A model generated the notes under the pieces. It was not told where the DNA came from and did no database searches. It was given only the letters and a program-made list of their open reading frames with translations. The translations under genes and the position numbers were made by a program. From IMG/VR virus record IMGVR_UViG_3300032323_001800, positions 1-64,000 of that record: 64,000 nt of DNA; one strand, given 5' to 3'. This DNA comes from a virus. Positions 45,291 to 53,910 of this stretch are shown here, one piece after another (the first letter of the stretch is position 1; each line of letters starts with the position of its first letter).

Positions 45291-46055
45291 TTGACAGAAT
45301 CAAGAACATACCAAAACATACTTGCCGGAGTAGAACAGCAAGGCGATGACAACAAAGATTATAAAGAAGCATACCTAGCAGACGTAATTCGCTTTAAAAT
45401 GAAACGTGACCAAAAGCGTTTCTGGGCAGGTGACAATGTATCGGACTATGTCACTGAAGAAATGAAGCACAAACTCATCGACGAAGCAACAGAAGCATTT
45501 GAATTAGTGCTTGATCGGTTGTTAATCGATCGTGAGAATGATCCTAATAGTCAAGGCACAGCAAGACGACTGGCCAAGATGTACTTTAACGAAATCATGA
45601 GTGGCCGATATGACCCAGCACCAGACGCAACCGCATTCCCCAATGACACAGAAGACCGTTACGAAGGTATGTTGGTTGTTCGTAGTGAGCTTCGCAGTAT
45701 GTGTAGCCATCATCATCAACCTGTGGCTGGCGTTGCTTATATTGGTATTATTGCGGCTTCCAAGCTCATTGGCCTCTCTAAATACACCCGCATCGCACAG
45801 TGGTGTGCAAGACGTGGTACTCTCCAGGAGGAACTTGCTAATGATATTGCTCGCGAGATCGCCAAAGCCACTGGAGCCAAAGACGTAGGCGTATATGTAC
45901 AAGCCGTACATGGCTGCTGTGAGAATCGCGGAATTATGGCACATTCAAGTCTAACACAGACAACAGTATTAAAGGGTGCGTTCAAAGATGACACTAGTAC
46001 AAAGAAAGAATTCTTTGACAACATTAAACTACAACAAGACTTTGCTCCGAGGTAA
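45291..46055 (+). CDS. folE: GTP cyclohydrolase I
   Basis: SMCSHHHQP, GLSKYTRI, LQEEL, HGCCENRG; TTG start with a GGAG SD. Confidence 0.95.
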   Translation: MTESRTYQNILAGVEQQGDDNKDYKEAYLADVIRFKMKRDQKRFWAGDNVSDYVTEEMKHKLIDEATEAFELVLDRLLIDRENDPNSQGTARRLAKMYFNEIMSGRYDPAPDATAFPNDTEDRYEGMLVVRSELRSMCSHHHQPVAGVAYIGIIAASKLIGLSKYTRIAQWCARRGTLQEELANDIAREIAKATGAKDVGVYVQAVHGCCENRGIMAHSSLTQTTVLKGAFKDDTSTKKEFFDNIKLQQDFAPR

Positions 46056-46058
46056 TAT

Positions 46059-46274
46059 ATGAACTCAGTAGATATGGCTAACGATCTAATTAATCGTGCT
46101 AGAAACTTAAAGAAGTTTGAAGTGAAACGTATGCTAGAAGATGGCATCTTATTCAACGGTCCTGTACCTTTTGATATCAAAGGCCGAGATGATTGCTATT
46201 GGATATATGCCTATGCTGTTACACAAGAAGAAGCAGAAGCACAAGTAGATATGTGGCTAAGCGATCGAACATGA
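46059..46274 (+). CDS. Hypothetical protein
   Basis: 71 aa with a GAGG SD. Confidence 0.55.
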   Translation: MNSVDMANDLINRARNLKKFEVKRMLEDGILFNGPVPFDIKGRDDCYWIYAYAVTQEEAEAQVDMWLSDRT

Positions 46275-46696
46275 TTCACCCGTTGCTAGATGAACTGATG
46301 GTCCAACAACAGTTGCCAGCCGCTGATCGTCGAGAGTGGGCATGGCAGCACATGGTGGCTGTGATCATGCTAAATCAAACCGGAAGGAAGGCGGTGAAAT
46401 ATGTACTGCCTCTTTTCTTAGATCGTTGGCCAACTCCAGAAGAGTTTTTATGGACAACGGATGACGAAGTCAAAGAAGTAATTTGGCCTTTGGGCATGTA
46501 CAATGTCCGTTTCCAACGACTCAAACGTATGACCGCAGATTTTTTGACTTGGGACGGAAATGATGCTACAATGTTATACGGCATCGGCAAGTATGGTTCA
46601 GATAGTTATGAGATTTTTTTCAAAAAAAACTATGTAGTCCAACCCACTGATAAAGAACTCAAACGCTACTTGAAAGAGGAAATATATGTTTCTTAA
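46271..46696 (+). CDS. HhH DNA glycosylase resembling the MBD4 catalytic domain
   Basis: IMLNQT...PTPE...IWPLGMYNVR...LYGIGKYGSDSYEIF versus MBD4 IFLNRT...LKPLGLYDLR...LHGIGKYGNDSYRIF (recalled). Confidence 0.8.
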   Translation: MIHPLLDELMVQQQLPAADRREWAWQHMVAVIMLNQTGRKAVKYVLPLFLDRWPTPEEFLWTTDDEVKEVIWPLGMYNVRFQRLKRMTADFLTWDGNDATMLYGIGKYGSDSYEIFFKKNYVVQPTDKELKRYLKEEIYVS

Positions 46697-47147
46697 ACTG
46701 CTAGAACGATTAGGTCGTAAGCGTATTATTATGGATAGGCTCAGTAACGAACCTTATCTAGAACGATACTACCTATTTCTCAAAGAGAGAACTCTCTTTC
46801 CATTTAACATATTTTTACACAAGTTCTTAAAAGGTGATCCGGACGATGTTCATGATCATCCGTGGCCTTATGCTACATTGATTTTGCGAGGTGGATACTA
46901 TGAATGGATTCCTATTTTTAATACTATCGGCGAAAAAATTAATGAATGTAAAGTTTGGAGAGGTCCTGGTCATTTCCGTATCTGCTCTTCTTCTAGTTAT
47001 CATCGCATTGAGCTAAAAGAAGGTGTAACAGCTTGGACATTGTTTATGCCCGGTCCCCACAAACGCGAATGGGGTTTCTTAGTTAATAACAAGTGGGTGC
47101 AACACGATCAATACCTTAAGGATAGACATGAACAAGCTCATAATTAA
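46686..47147 (+). CDS. Cupin-fold putative metalloenzyme
   Basis: FLHKFLKGDPDDVHDHPW...GGYYE...YHRIEL...WTLF pattern. Confidence 0.65.
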   Translation: MFLKLLERLGRKRIIMDRLSNEPYLERYYLFLKERTLFPFNIFLHKFLKGDPDDVHDHPWPYATLILRGGYYEWIPIFNTIGEKINECKVWRGPGHFRICSSSSYHRIELKEGVTAWTLFMPGPHKREWGFLVNNKWVQHDQYLKDRHEQAHN

Positions 47148-47688
47148 CAACGATCAATTAAAAAATTTAGTTACTAAACTCTGTCGAGACATTACTCTCA
47201 GCGGATGGCAACCTGAATACGTAGTAGGTCTAACCAGAGGTGGTTTAACTCCTGCTGTTATGATCAGTCACTACTTCAACGTACCATGCGAAACCTTAAA
47301 AGTTAGCCTACGTGACGGCGGCGAACCAGAAAGTAATTTATGGATGGCTGAAGATGCATTTGGATACACCTCTAAAGAAGTTGATTTCTTTGAAGGTAAT
47401 CCTATGGAATTGATTAACGAGGGCCGAGCTAAAGAAATATTAATTGTTGATGATATTAACGATTCGGGTGCTACTATAAACTGGATTATGAAAGACTGGC
47501 CTAGTGGTTGTTTTCCTGATGATCCTGTGTGGAAAGAAGTGTGGAACAACAATGTCCGCTTTGCTGTGTTAGTGGATAATCTTGCCAGTCAATGTAATGC
47601 TAAAATGGATTATGTTGGCATGGAAATTAACAAAGCAGAAAACGATGTATGGGTTGATTTTCCCTGGGAAGATTGGTGGCAGAAATGA
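47128..47688 (+). CDS. Purine phosphoribosyltransferase (Gpt/Hpt-like)
   Basis: VGLTRGGL and the PRPP-binding loop ILIVDDINDSGAT; WVDFPWE at the C-terminus. Confidence 0.9.
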   Translation: MNKLIINNDQLKNLVTKLCRDITLSGWQPEYVVGLTRGGLTPAVMISHYFNVPCETLKVSLRDGGEPESNLWMAEDAFGYTSKEVDFFEGNPMELINEGRAKEILIVDDINDSGATINWIMKDWPSGCFPDDPVWKEVWNNNVRFAVLVDNLASQCNAKMDYVGMEINKAENDVWVDFPWEDWWQK

Positions 47689-47789
47689 TAGCAGTATGGT
47701 TACTGGTTATTTTTCTTGTTTTGACTGGACATTGGATGTTAGGTCTTATAGTTTCACTAGTAGGAATTTTATTTGAAGGCATAAAATGA
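47685..47789 (+). CDS. Small membrane protein, 34 aa (not in ORF track)
   Basis: MIAVWLLVIFLVLTGHWMLGLIVSLVGILFEGIK; ATGA-coupled at both ends. Confidence 0.55.
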   Translation: MIAVWLLVIFLVLTGHWMLGLIVSLVGILFEGIK

Positions 47790-48016
47790 TTGATGCAAAA
47801 GTAAAAGTACATTGCACTGACGCTGGTAAAGATTTTGAAATGCATGTGTTAGCATATAAACCCAAGACATTTTTAGATGTTGCGTTTCAAACTCTTAAAA
47901 TTCGTTTAGCATATATAGAACGTACAAAAGCGTTTAGAGGTAGTCTAGGTGGTAGAGAATTTGTTATTCGAGAAGAAGATCTTCCACAGGAAAATCGCAA
48001 GGAGTATCAGAGATGA
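47786..48016 (+). CDS. Hypothetical protein
   Basis: 76 aa, coupled. Confidence 0.55.
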   Translation: MIDAKVKVHCTDAGKDFEMHVLAYKPKTFLDVAFQTLKIRLAYIERTKAFRGSLGGREFVIREEDLPQENRKEYQR

Positions 48017-48414
48017 AATCTAACGATACCAATAAAGTTATGCTAGCCCAACCCAACTGTATCGAAGATTCAAAAGCACCATGGGATGATCTTGTAGAGC
48101 AAGATTTTCATGTTAAGGTGTTTGCTGATAAGTATCCTGTCACTGACGGCCACTTGTTGTTCGTACCTAAATATAACACAGTTCATGTACTAATGGATTG
48201 TTTTCATGATGCTGTTCAAGACGGTATTAAAAGAGTACAACTAGGTGAGTGGGACGGATTTAACGTTGGATTTAATTACGGGCAAGCTGCTGGTCAAACA
48301 GTAGATTGGCCACATGTACATCTTATCCCTAGACGCAAGGGAGATATGGAAGACCCCACAGGAGGGGTGCGTCACGTAATACCTGAAAAGGGAAACTATA
48401 GGAAATCAAAATGA
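48013..48414 (+). CDS. HIT-family nucleotide hydrolase
   Basis: DKYPVTDGHLLFVPK and GQAAGQTVDWPHVHLIPR. Confidence 0.88.
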   Translation: MKSNDTNKVMLAQPNCIEDSKAPWDDLVEQDFHVKVFADKYPVTDGHLLFVPKYNTVHVLMDCFHDAVQDGIKRVQLGEWDGFNVGFNYGQAAGQTVDWPHVHLIPRRKGDMEDPTGGVRHVIPEKGNYRKSK

Positions 48415-48614
48415 AAAAGCAAATTGTCGAAACACTAAAGCAACATTTCGAAGCACACATTTTAAAACATAAAATGAATGTTGATATTATGTTAGCTAAT
48501 CCCATGGCCATTCATGATCACACTGATCTAATGGATGCTATTGAAAAAGAAGTTGCTCAGATTGCCGAGTATATGGACAAATTAGAAGTAATGGAGAAAC
48601 ACTTCAGTGAATAA
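48411..48614 (+). CDS. Hypothetical protein
   Basis: 67 aa, coupled. Confidence 0.55.
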   Translation: MKKQIVETLKQHFEAHILKHKMNVDIMLANPMAIHDHTDLMDAIEKEVAQIAEYMDKLEVMEKHFSE

Positions 48615-48801
48615 AGTTACTGTTCCTTGGGAAAGTCAAAATAACGAATGGTGGAATGAAACATGTGCTACTATATGCGAACATTTTGGCCTTCCTGGGG
48701 GAAAGTATGTTACTGAGGTTAATACCGAATGTATGAATTTTATTTTCTACAACGATAAAGATGCTTTGATGTGTAGATTATTAGTTAGTGATAAATTATG
48801 A
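48607..48801 (+). CDS. Hypothetical protein
   Basis: 64 aa, GTG start. Confidence 0.5.
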   Translation: MNKVTVPWESQNNEWWNETCATICEHFGLPGGKYVTEVNTECMNFIFYNDKDALMCRLLVSDKL

Positions 48802-49043
48802 CAGATAGAATAATAATTGCAGTATTATTAATTTTTTCTGTTTATGTTTTAATTTCTACCGACTTTGGTAGAAATACAGTAGTGCGATACGACTGTAGAG
48901 ATGCGCATTGGCACCCGGATATTCCTATAGAAGTTAAAAAAGAATGTTCTAAATTATTCTACAAAGAATGGAAAAAACAAGAAGATGAAAGAAAAAATGA
49001 TCCAAGCATACATGAAAACAGCCGAGACCTTCTCAGAACTTAG
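48798..49043 (+). CDS. Small membrane-anchored protein
   Basis: N-terminal TM and two Cys. Confidence 0.5.
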   Translation: MTDRIIIAVLLIFSVYVLISTDFGRNTVVRYDCRDAHWHPDIPIEVKKECSKLFYKEWKKQEDERKNDPSIHENSRDLLRT

Positions 49044-49500
49044 TCATGCTCGTCGATTACATGTTGGTGCTATTGTAGTGAAAGATGATAGAATTATCAG
49101 TATTGGCTATAACGGTATGCCTAGTGGGTGGGATAATAACTGCGAAGATAAAATATGGGATTCGGGCGCAGGCGGGTGGTTGAGTCCTGAAGAGATTATA
49201 GAACAATATCCGTATGAAGGATGGCACGAGGCCGCACAGCGTGATGTGCGCTACGGATTAAAAACTAAACCAGAGGTACTACATGCTGAAACTAATGCCA
49301 TTGCCAAATTGGCTAAATCTAACGAATCTGGTATGGGTGCTACTATGTTTATTACCCATGCTCCATGTTTGGATTGTGCCAAACTTATCTACCAAAGTGG
49401 TATTAGCAGTGTTCTATATCGGAACGCTTATAGGGATACTAGCGGTATTACGTTTCTTGAAAAATCGGGGGTAAAAGTTGAACAATACAATAAAGACTAG
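48985..49500 (+). CDS. dCMP deaminase
   Basis: VGAIVVKD...IGYNG, HAETNAI and PCLDC. Confidence 0.92.
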   Translation: MKEKMIQAYMKTAETFSELSHARRLHVGAIVVKDDRIISIGYNGMPSGWDNNCEDKIWDSGAGGWLSPEEIIEQYPYEGWHEAAQRDVRYGLKTKPEVLHAETNAIAKLAKSNESGMGATMFITHAPCLDCAKLIYQSGISSVLYRNAYRDTSGITFLEKSGVKVEQYNKD

Positions 49501-49657
49501 TTGGACTCTTACTGTTGAAGAAGATTCCGACACCGGAGATGCAATAATTCAATTTCCTCCAGATCTGTTAGAGCAAGCAGGATGGAAAGAGGGCGACACA
49601 TTAATTTGGAAAGACCGGGGCGATGGCTCTTGGCTTTTAGAGAAAAAGAGTGTATAA
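49478..49657 (+). CDS. AbrB/SpoVT/MazE-like DNA-binding protein, 59 aa (not in ORF track)
   Basis: TTG start after GGGGG; ...GDAIIQFPPDLLEQAGWKEGDTLIWKDRGDGSWLLEKKSV. Confidence 0.7.
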   Translation: MNNTIKTSWTLTVEEDSDTGDAIIQFPPDLLEQAGWKEGDTLIWKDRGDGSWLLEKKSV

Positions 49658-49658
49658 T
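49630..49658 (+). promoter_or_regulatory. Sigma70-type TTGGCT-N17-TATAAT, 6 nt before the queE ATG
   Basis: TATAAT at 49653-49658, ATG at 49665, no SD. Confidence 0.6.
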
Positions 49659-49664
49659 AGTAAT

Positions 49665-50528
49665 ATGAGTAAAATTAAAATCGCAGAGCTGTTTTACAGC
49701 ATTCAAGGTGAAGGACGCTACATGGGTGTCCCGTCTGTATTTCTACGCACATTTGGTTGTAACTTTAAGTGTGCAGGCTTTGGAATGCCTCGTGATACAA
49801 TCAGTATCGAGGCAGATGACATTGCATACACACACGCAAATATCGAATCGTTTCAAAAATATGAAGACTTGCCGTTAGTTAGCACAGGTTGTGACAGTTA
49901 TGCTTCATGGCATCCTGCGTTCAAAGATTTGTCGCCATTGCTTACTAGCGATGCTATTGTAGAACGTACTATGGAAATTCTTCCTGGTAACAAATGGGGC
50001 GATGCTCACTTGGTTATTACAGGTGGCGAGCCGTTGCTAGGTTGGCAACGTGCTTATCCAGACTTGTTAGAACATCCTAAGATGGGGGATTTAAAAGAGA
50101 TTACTTTTGAAACAAACGGTACTCAAAAATTAAGCGAAGAATTTAAAGAATATCTAGTAAAATGGCAAATGCCTAATTTAGATTTTGCTAGAGAAGTTAC
50201 ATTTAGTGTAAGTGCTAAACTTCCATGTAGTGGTGAGAAATGGGAAGAAGCAATTCTTCCAGAAGTAGTTTGCGAGTATGAAGAAGTTGGTACAGCATAT
50301 TTGAAGTTTGTTATTGCCACTGAACAAGACTTTAAAGACGCAGAGTGTGCTATTGCCGCTTATCGTAAAGCAGGATTCAAAGGGCATGTTTATCTAATGC
50401 CAGTGGGCGGTGTTGAAAGTGTATATGCACTAAACAATCGCACAGTAGCAGACCTAGCAATGAAAAACGGTCTTCGTTACAGTGATAGATTGCAGGTGCC
50501 GTTATTTAAAAACGAGTGGGGGACATAA
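49665..50528 (+). CDS. queE: 7-carboxy-7-deazaguanine synthase (radical SAM QueE)
   Basis: ELFYSIQGEG...PSVFLRTFGCNFKC, VITGGEP, FETNGT, VSAK and RYSDRLQV. Confidence 0.9.
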   Translation: MSKIKIAELFYSIQGEGRYMGVPSVFLRTFGCNFKCAGFGMPRDTISIEADDIAYTHANIESFQKYEDLPLVSTGCDSYASWHPAFKDLSPLLTSDAIVERTMEILPGNKWGDAHLVITGGEPLLGWQRAYPDLLEHPKMGDLKEITFETNGTQKLSEEFKEYLVKWQMPNLDFAREVTFSVSAKLPCSGEKWEEAILPEVVCEYEEVGTAYLKFVIATEQDFKDAECAIAAYRKAGFKGHVYLMPVGGVESVYALNNRTVADLAMKNGLRYSDRLQVPLFKNEWGT

Positions 50529-50953
50529 TGAATATAATCAAAAAATTACTAGGCATAGACAAGCTAGAAAAAGAAAAAGAAGCATTACAAATAGCTAGAG
50601 ACAAAGCAGTAGCCGAAACAGTCAGAGCCCAAGAAGAAGAAGCACAGGCTAAACTAACTCCTAAAGAAAGAGCAACTGCTCGAGGAGAACCATACATTGC
50701 CGTTCTTGATACCAAGGTGAATCCGGACAATATTCGTAATGGCTTTTTTGAACTTGACTGGAATGATCAATTTCTGTTACAATTAAAGCAAGAAGGCTAC
50801 GGGTTCGACGGCGATGCTGAAGAAGAAATTGTAGATCGTTGGTTTAGAGATATTGTTCGACAAATGCTTGATGAGGACGGCCTTGATTCTAATAGGCCGG
50901 CTGGTTATATTAACGTAATTCCAATAGCTAAAGGCAAAGCAGAAGTTTCATGA
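50528..50953 (+). CDS. Hypothetical protein
   Basis: ATG coupled to the queE stop; FFELDWND motif. Confidence 0.6.
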   Translation: MNIIKKLLGIDKLEKEKEALQIARDKAVAETVRAQEEEAQAKLTPKERATARGEPYIAVLDTKVNPDNIRNGFFELDWNDQFLLQLKQEGYGFDGDAEEEIVDRWFRDIVRQMLDEDGLDSNRPAGYINVIPIAKGKAEVS

Positions 50954-51936
50954 CATATATTTTAGTAGATACTGCTAACACATTCTTCCGTGCTAGACAC
51001 GTAATTCGCGGCGATGCTGACATTAAGTTGGGCATGGCGTTTCACATCACTTTAAATTCCATCAAAAAAGCATGGAAAGACTTTGAGGGGAAACATGTAG
51101 TGTTCTGTCTCGAAGGTCGTAGTTGGCGTAAAGACTACTATGCTCCGTATAAACGTAATCGTTCGGATGCTCGTGCTGCGCTAACTCCTTCAGAACAAGA
51201 AGAAGATAAAATATTCTGGGAAGCATTTGATACATTCAAAGATTTCGTCACGGAAAAAACTAATTGTACAGTACTACAACATCCGCAACTAGAAGCAGAC
51301 GATTTGATTGCTGGATTTATTCAATCGCACCCAAACGATAATCATGTTATCATTTCAACTGATACCGACTTCGTTCAACTTATTGCCCCCAATGTAAAAC
51401 AATATAACGGTGTTCAGGAATGTACAATTACACATGAGGGATACTTTGATGACAAGGGCAAACGAATTATTGACAAGAAAACACAAGAAGCAAAAATTGC
51501 TCCTAACCCAGAATGGCTCTTGTTTGAAAAATGTATGCGTGGTGATACCAGTGATAATGTCTTCTCGGCGTATCCAGGTGTGCGTGTTAAAGGTACTAAA
51601 AACAAAGTTGGTCTTACTGAAGCGTTCGAAGATCGTAACAGCAAAGGATTTTCGTGGAACAATCTCATGCTACAGAGATGGACTGATCACGAAGGTCAAG
51701 AACATCGTGTGTTAGAAGACTATAATCGTAATCGACAATTGATCGATCTTACACAGCAGCCAGAAGATATTCGAGCAGTTATTAATGAAACTATTTCGTC
51801 TGCCACTCAAGCAGATAAAAATATTAGTCAAGTCGGTATCAGACTTATTAAGTTCTGCAATTTGTATGATCTTAAAAAAATTGCGGATCAAGCACAAGCA
51901 TATGCTGAACCATTAAATGCGAGGTATAAACAATGA
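50950..51936 (+). CDS. rnh: 5'-3' exonuclease/RNase H (T4 rnh-like)
   Basis: ILVDTAN, SWRKDYY.PYK.NR, EADD, STDTDFVQL and GDTSDNV. Confidence 0.88.
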   Translation: MTYILVDTANTFFRARHVIRGDADIKLGMAFHITLNSIKKAWKDFEGKHVVFCLEGRSWRKDYYAPYKRNRSDARAALTPSEQEEDKIFWEAFDTFKDFVTEKTNCTVLQHPQLEADDLIAGFIQSHPNDNHVIISTDTDFVQLIAPNVKQYNGVQECTITHEGYFDDKGKRIIDKKTQEAKIAPNPEWLLFEKCMRGDTSDNVFSAYPGVRVKGTKNKVGLTEAFEDRNSKGFSWNNLMLQRWTDHEGQEHRVLEDYNRNRQLIDLTQQPEDIRAVINETISSATQADKNISQVGIRLIKFCNLYDLKKIADQAQAYAEPLNARYKQ

Positions 51937-52409
51937 CAGACTTACAGGCAAAAGCAGTAATTGAAAATAAATTTTGGATTGTCGAAAAAGATGGCGAGAA
52001 GTTTGCCACATTAAGAAAAAGCGATGATAATAGATTTGTTATGAGTAATGAAGCTGGGATTAAGATTTACGAAACAAAGAAAAGTTTAACTGATCAATTT
52101 GGCAAAGATTTCTTTGTTGCTAAAATTATCAAAGAAGCAACTAACTCACCGTTACAGGAAGTGCATGGTTACCCTAGTTCGTGTAATCCACATAATCCAA
52201 TGTATGACATTAAAAGAAAGTTGCCACTTTTTACCAAGAGTCAAGATAGTAAAAGTGTGTATTGCGCCGGTTATTATGTTATTAAGTTTGATAAAGGCTG
52301 GGTCAAGAGCCATTGTCCTAAATTAATAACTCTCCAGCGATACGAATATCAAGGGCCGTTTAAGACAGAACTTGAAATGAAACAAAGGTTATCTAATGTC
52401 TCGAAATGA
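51933..52409 (+). CDS. Hypothetical protein
   Basis: 158 aa, coupled. Confidence 0.6.
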   Translation: MTDLQAKAVIENKFWIVEKDGEKFATLRKSDDNRFVMSNEAGIKIYETKKSLTDQFGKDFFVAKIIKEATNSPLQEVHGYPSSCNPHNPMYDIKRKLPLFTKSQDSKSVYCAGYYVIKFDKGWVKSHCPKLITLQRYEYQGPFKTELEMKQRLSNVSK

Positions 52410-52644
52410 TCTACCAATTAAACTTACTAGCGTTGAAAAAATAGTACAACGACTAGTTGCCGCTGAAAAAAGCAATCAAAAAGAAATTAGGCTCTCTGTT
52501 CAAGAAGCTCGTGAGATTGTGACCGATCTTAGTGTATTAACATCTAAATTGGGCAAACATATCGAAGATATACATCAAAAATTAGATAAAATCGAAGCTG
52601 CTAGTGCTCAACTCAATGTACAGATGGACGGAGGCACGTTCTGA
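52396..52644 (+). CDS. Hypothetical protein
   Basis: 82 aa. Confidence 0.55.
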   Translation: MSRNDLPIKLTSVEKIVQRLVAAEKSNQKEIRLSVQEAREIVTDLSVLTSKLGKHIEDIHQKLDKIEAASAQLNVQMDGGTF

Positions 52645-52680
52645 GAAGATAAATATATGCGTGTATTATAAAAGAGAGAT

Positions 52681-52971
52681 TTGATGAGCAGACCAAAACC
52701 TAAAGTGTTACTTGAACATGCAAATAAAGAAACTTATAGAATAGAACAGGTTCTTGAGTCTGAAGCCATTTGGGCTGTATTTTATAAAGATCAGCCATTT
52801 AACTTAAAAAGCGGCAGTTTAGTTTCAAGTTATCCTGGTCCTAAATATAAAAAAGTTTCCTTTTCAAATCCTGGTCACGCTAGAAATCTTGCAAAGAAAT
52901 TAAACAAAATGTTTAAAACAGAAGAGTTTAAAGTTTGCAAATTAACATCCGGTGAAGTTGTCGAGAAGTAA
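52681..52971 (+). CDS. Hypothetical protein
   Basis: 96 aa; TAAATA at 52650-52655 upstream. Confidence 0.6.
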   Translation: MMSRPKPKVLLEHANKETYRIEQVLESEAIWAVFYKDQPFNLKSGSLVSSYPGPKYKKVSFSNPGHARNLAKKLNKMFKTEEFKVCKLTSGEVVEK

Positions 52972-53360
52972 TGAATAAAAAATATGCTTTTACAGAAACA
53001 TTCTTAAAAGCTGCTAATATAAATCCAAACAGCGATTTAATACAAGAAAAAAAACTCCAATGGTGGTTCAATGTTCGTGATAAAGACGAAGGCGGTCTTC
53101 GTCTAACCGAAGATGGACTTACCTTTGTCCAAAACGATGCTGACATCAAAACATATACAATAAAGTTTCCCGGACATGTGACTTTAACTCCGCAGATACT
53201 TGTATGGTTAGACCAGCAAATTAAGTCCCCGTATCATGTTACTAAAAAAGAAATAACTGTTCTATCCGAAAAAGATGCTTTTGAGTTATATTTGTTCTCA
53301 GGCGATGTGAGAAAAATGGGATATTCCAAAGCACTGTCAAAACGATTAAACCAAGATTAA
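52971..53360 (+). CDS. Hypothetical protein
   Basis: 129 aa, coupled. Confidence 0.6.
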   Translation: MNKKYAFTETFLKAANINPNSDLIQEKKLQWWFNVRDKDEGGLRLTEDGLTFVQNDADIKTYTIKFPGHVTLTPQILVWLDQQIKSPYHVTKKEITVLSEKDAFELYLFSGDVRKMGYSKALSKRLNQD

Positions 53361-53398
53361 CCGTCCCTAATCGCAACAGGTTTAAATATTATGCTATT

Positions 53399-53668
53399 AT
53401 GATTACTATAAATCCTCTAGACCATCTTAACAAGAGAAAATTAAATTGGATTCCTGTTCAATTTTCCAAAACAAAACTCTCTCAAATTTCAAATATTGAG
53501 AAAGTAGATGAATGGATTAAATATCGCCTTAGTGGGAGATATTGTATAGCATCATATCCTCATCTTGACCGAGATGAGAAATCTAAAACAGCCACTTTTG
53601 TGGCCTTTGAAGAAGAAAAAGAACTAACATACTTTATGTTAGCATGTCCATACCTAAGGAGTATTTAA
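53399..53668 (+). CDS. Hypothetical protein
   Basis: 89 aa; TAAATA at 53383-53388. Confidence 0.55.
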   Translation: MITINPLDHLNKRKLNWIPVQFSKTKLSQISNIEKVDEWIKYRLSGRYCIASYPHLDRDEKSKTATFVAFEEEKELTYFMLACPYLRSI

Positions 53669-53908
53669 ATGACAGACGAAGTTAAACAAAACGAAGCAGA
53701 AGCACAGAAGCAGATGGCCGCTCAACCTCAAGCTGAACAGCCAAGTACTGATCTAACAATCTCAGATCTAAATGCTTTAAAGACAGTAATCGATGTTGCC
53801 ACACAACGCGGTGCGTTTAAGGCAGCAGAAATGGAAGCGGTAGGTAAAGTTTATAACAAACTAAACAACTTTTTAGCAACTGTGGCACCTGCTAAAGAAG
53901 GACAATAA
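53669..53908 (+). CDS. Hypothetical protein
   Basis: 79 aa with an AAGGAG SD. Confidence 0.6.
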   Translation: MTDEVKQNEAEAQKQMAAQPQAEQPSTDLTISDLNALKTVIDVATQRGAFKAAEMEAVGKVYNKLNNFLATVAPAKEGQ

Positions 53909-53910
53909 TC

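Noticed and set aside
48985-49043. 59-nt overlap between the membrane ORF and dCMP deaminase as an overprinting signal
   Set aside because: A short terminal overlap, common in compact phage operons; the deaminase may also start at a later ATG.
49509-49706. Minus-strand 65-aa ORF in the gap before queE
   Set aside because: The gap is better explained by the plus-strand AbrB-like ORF 49478..49657.
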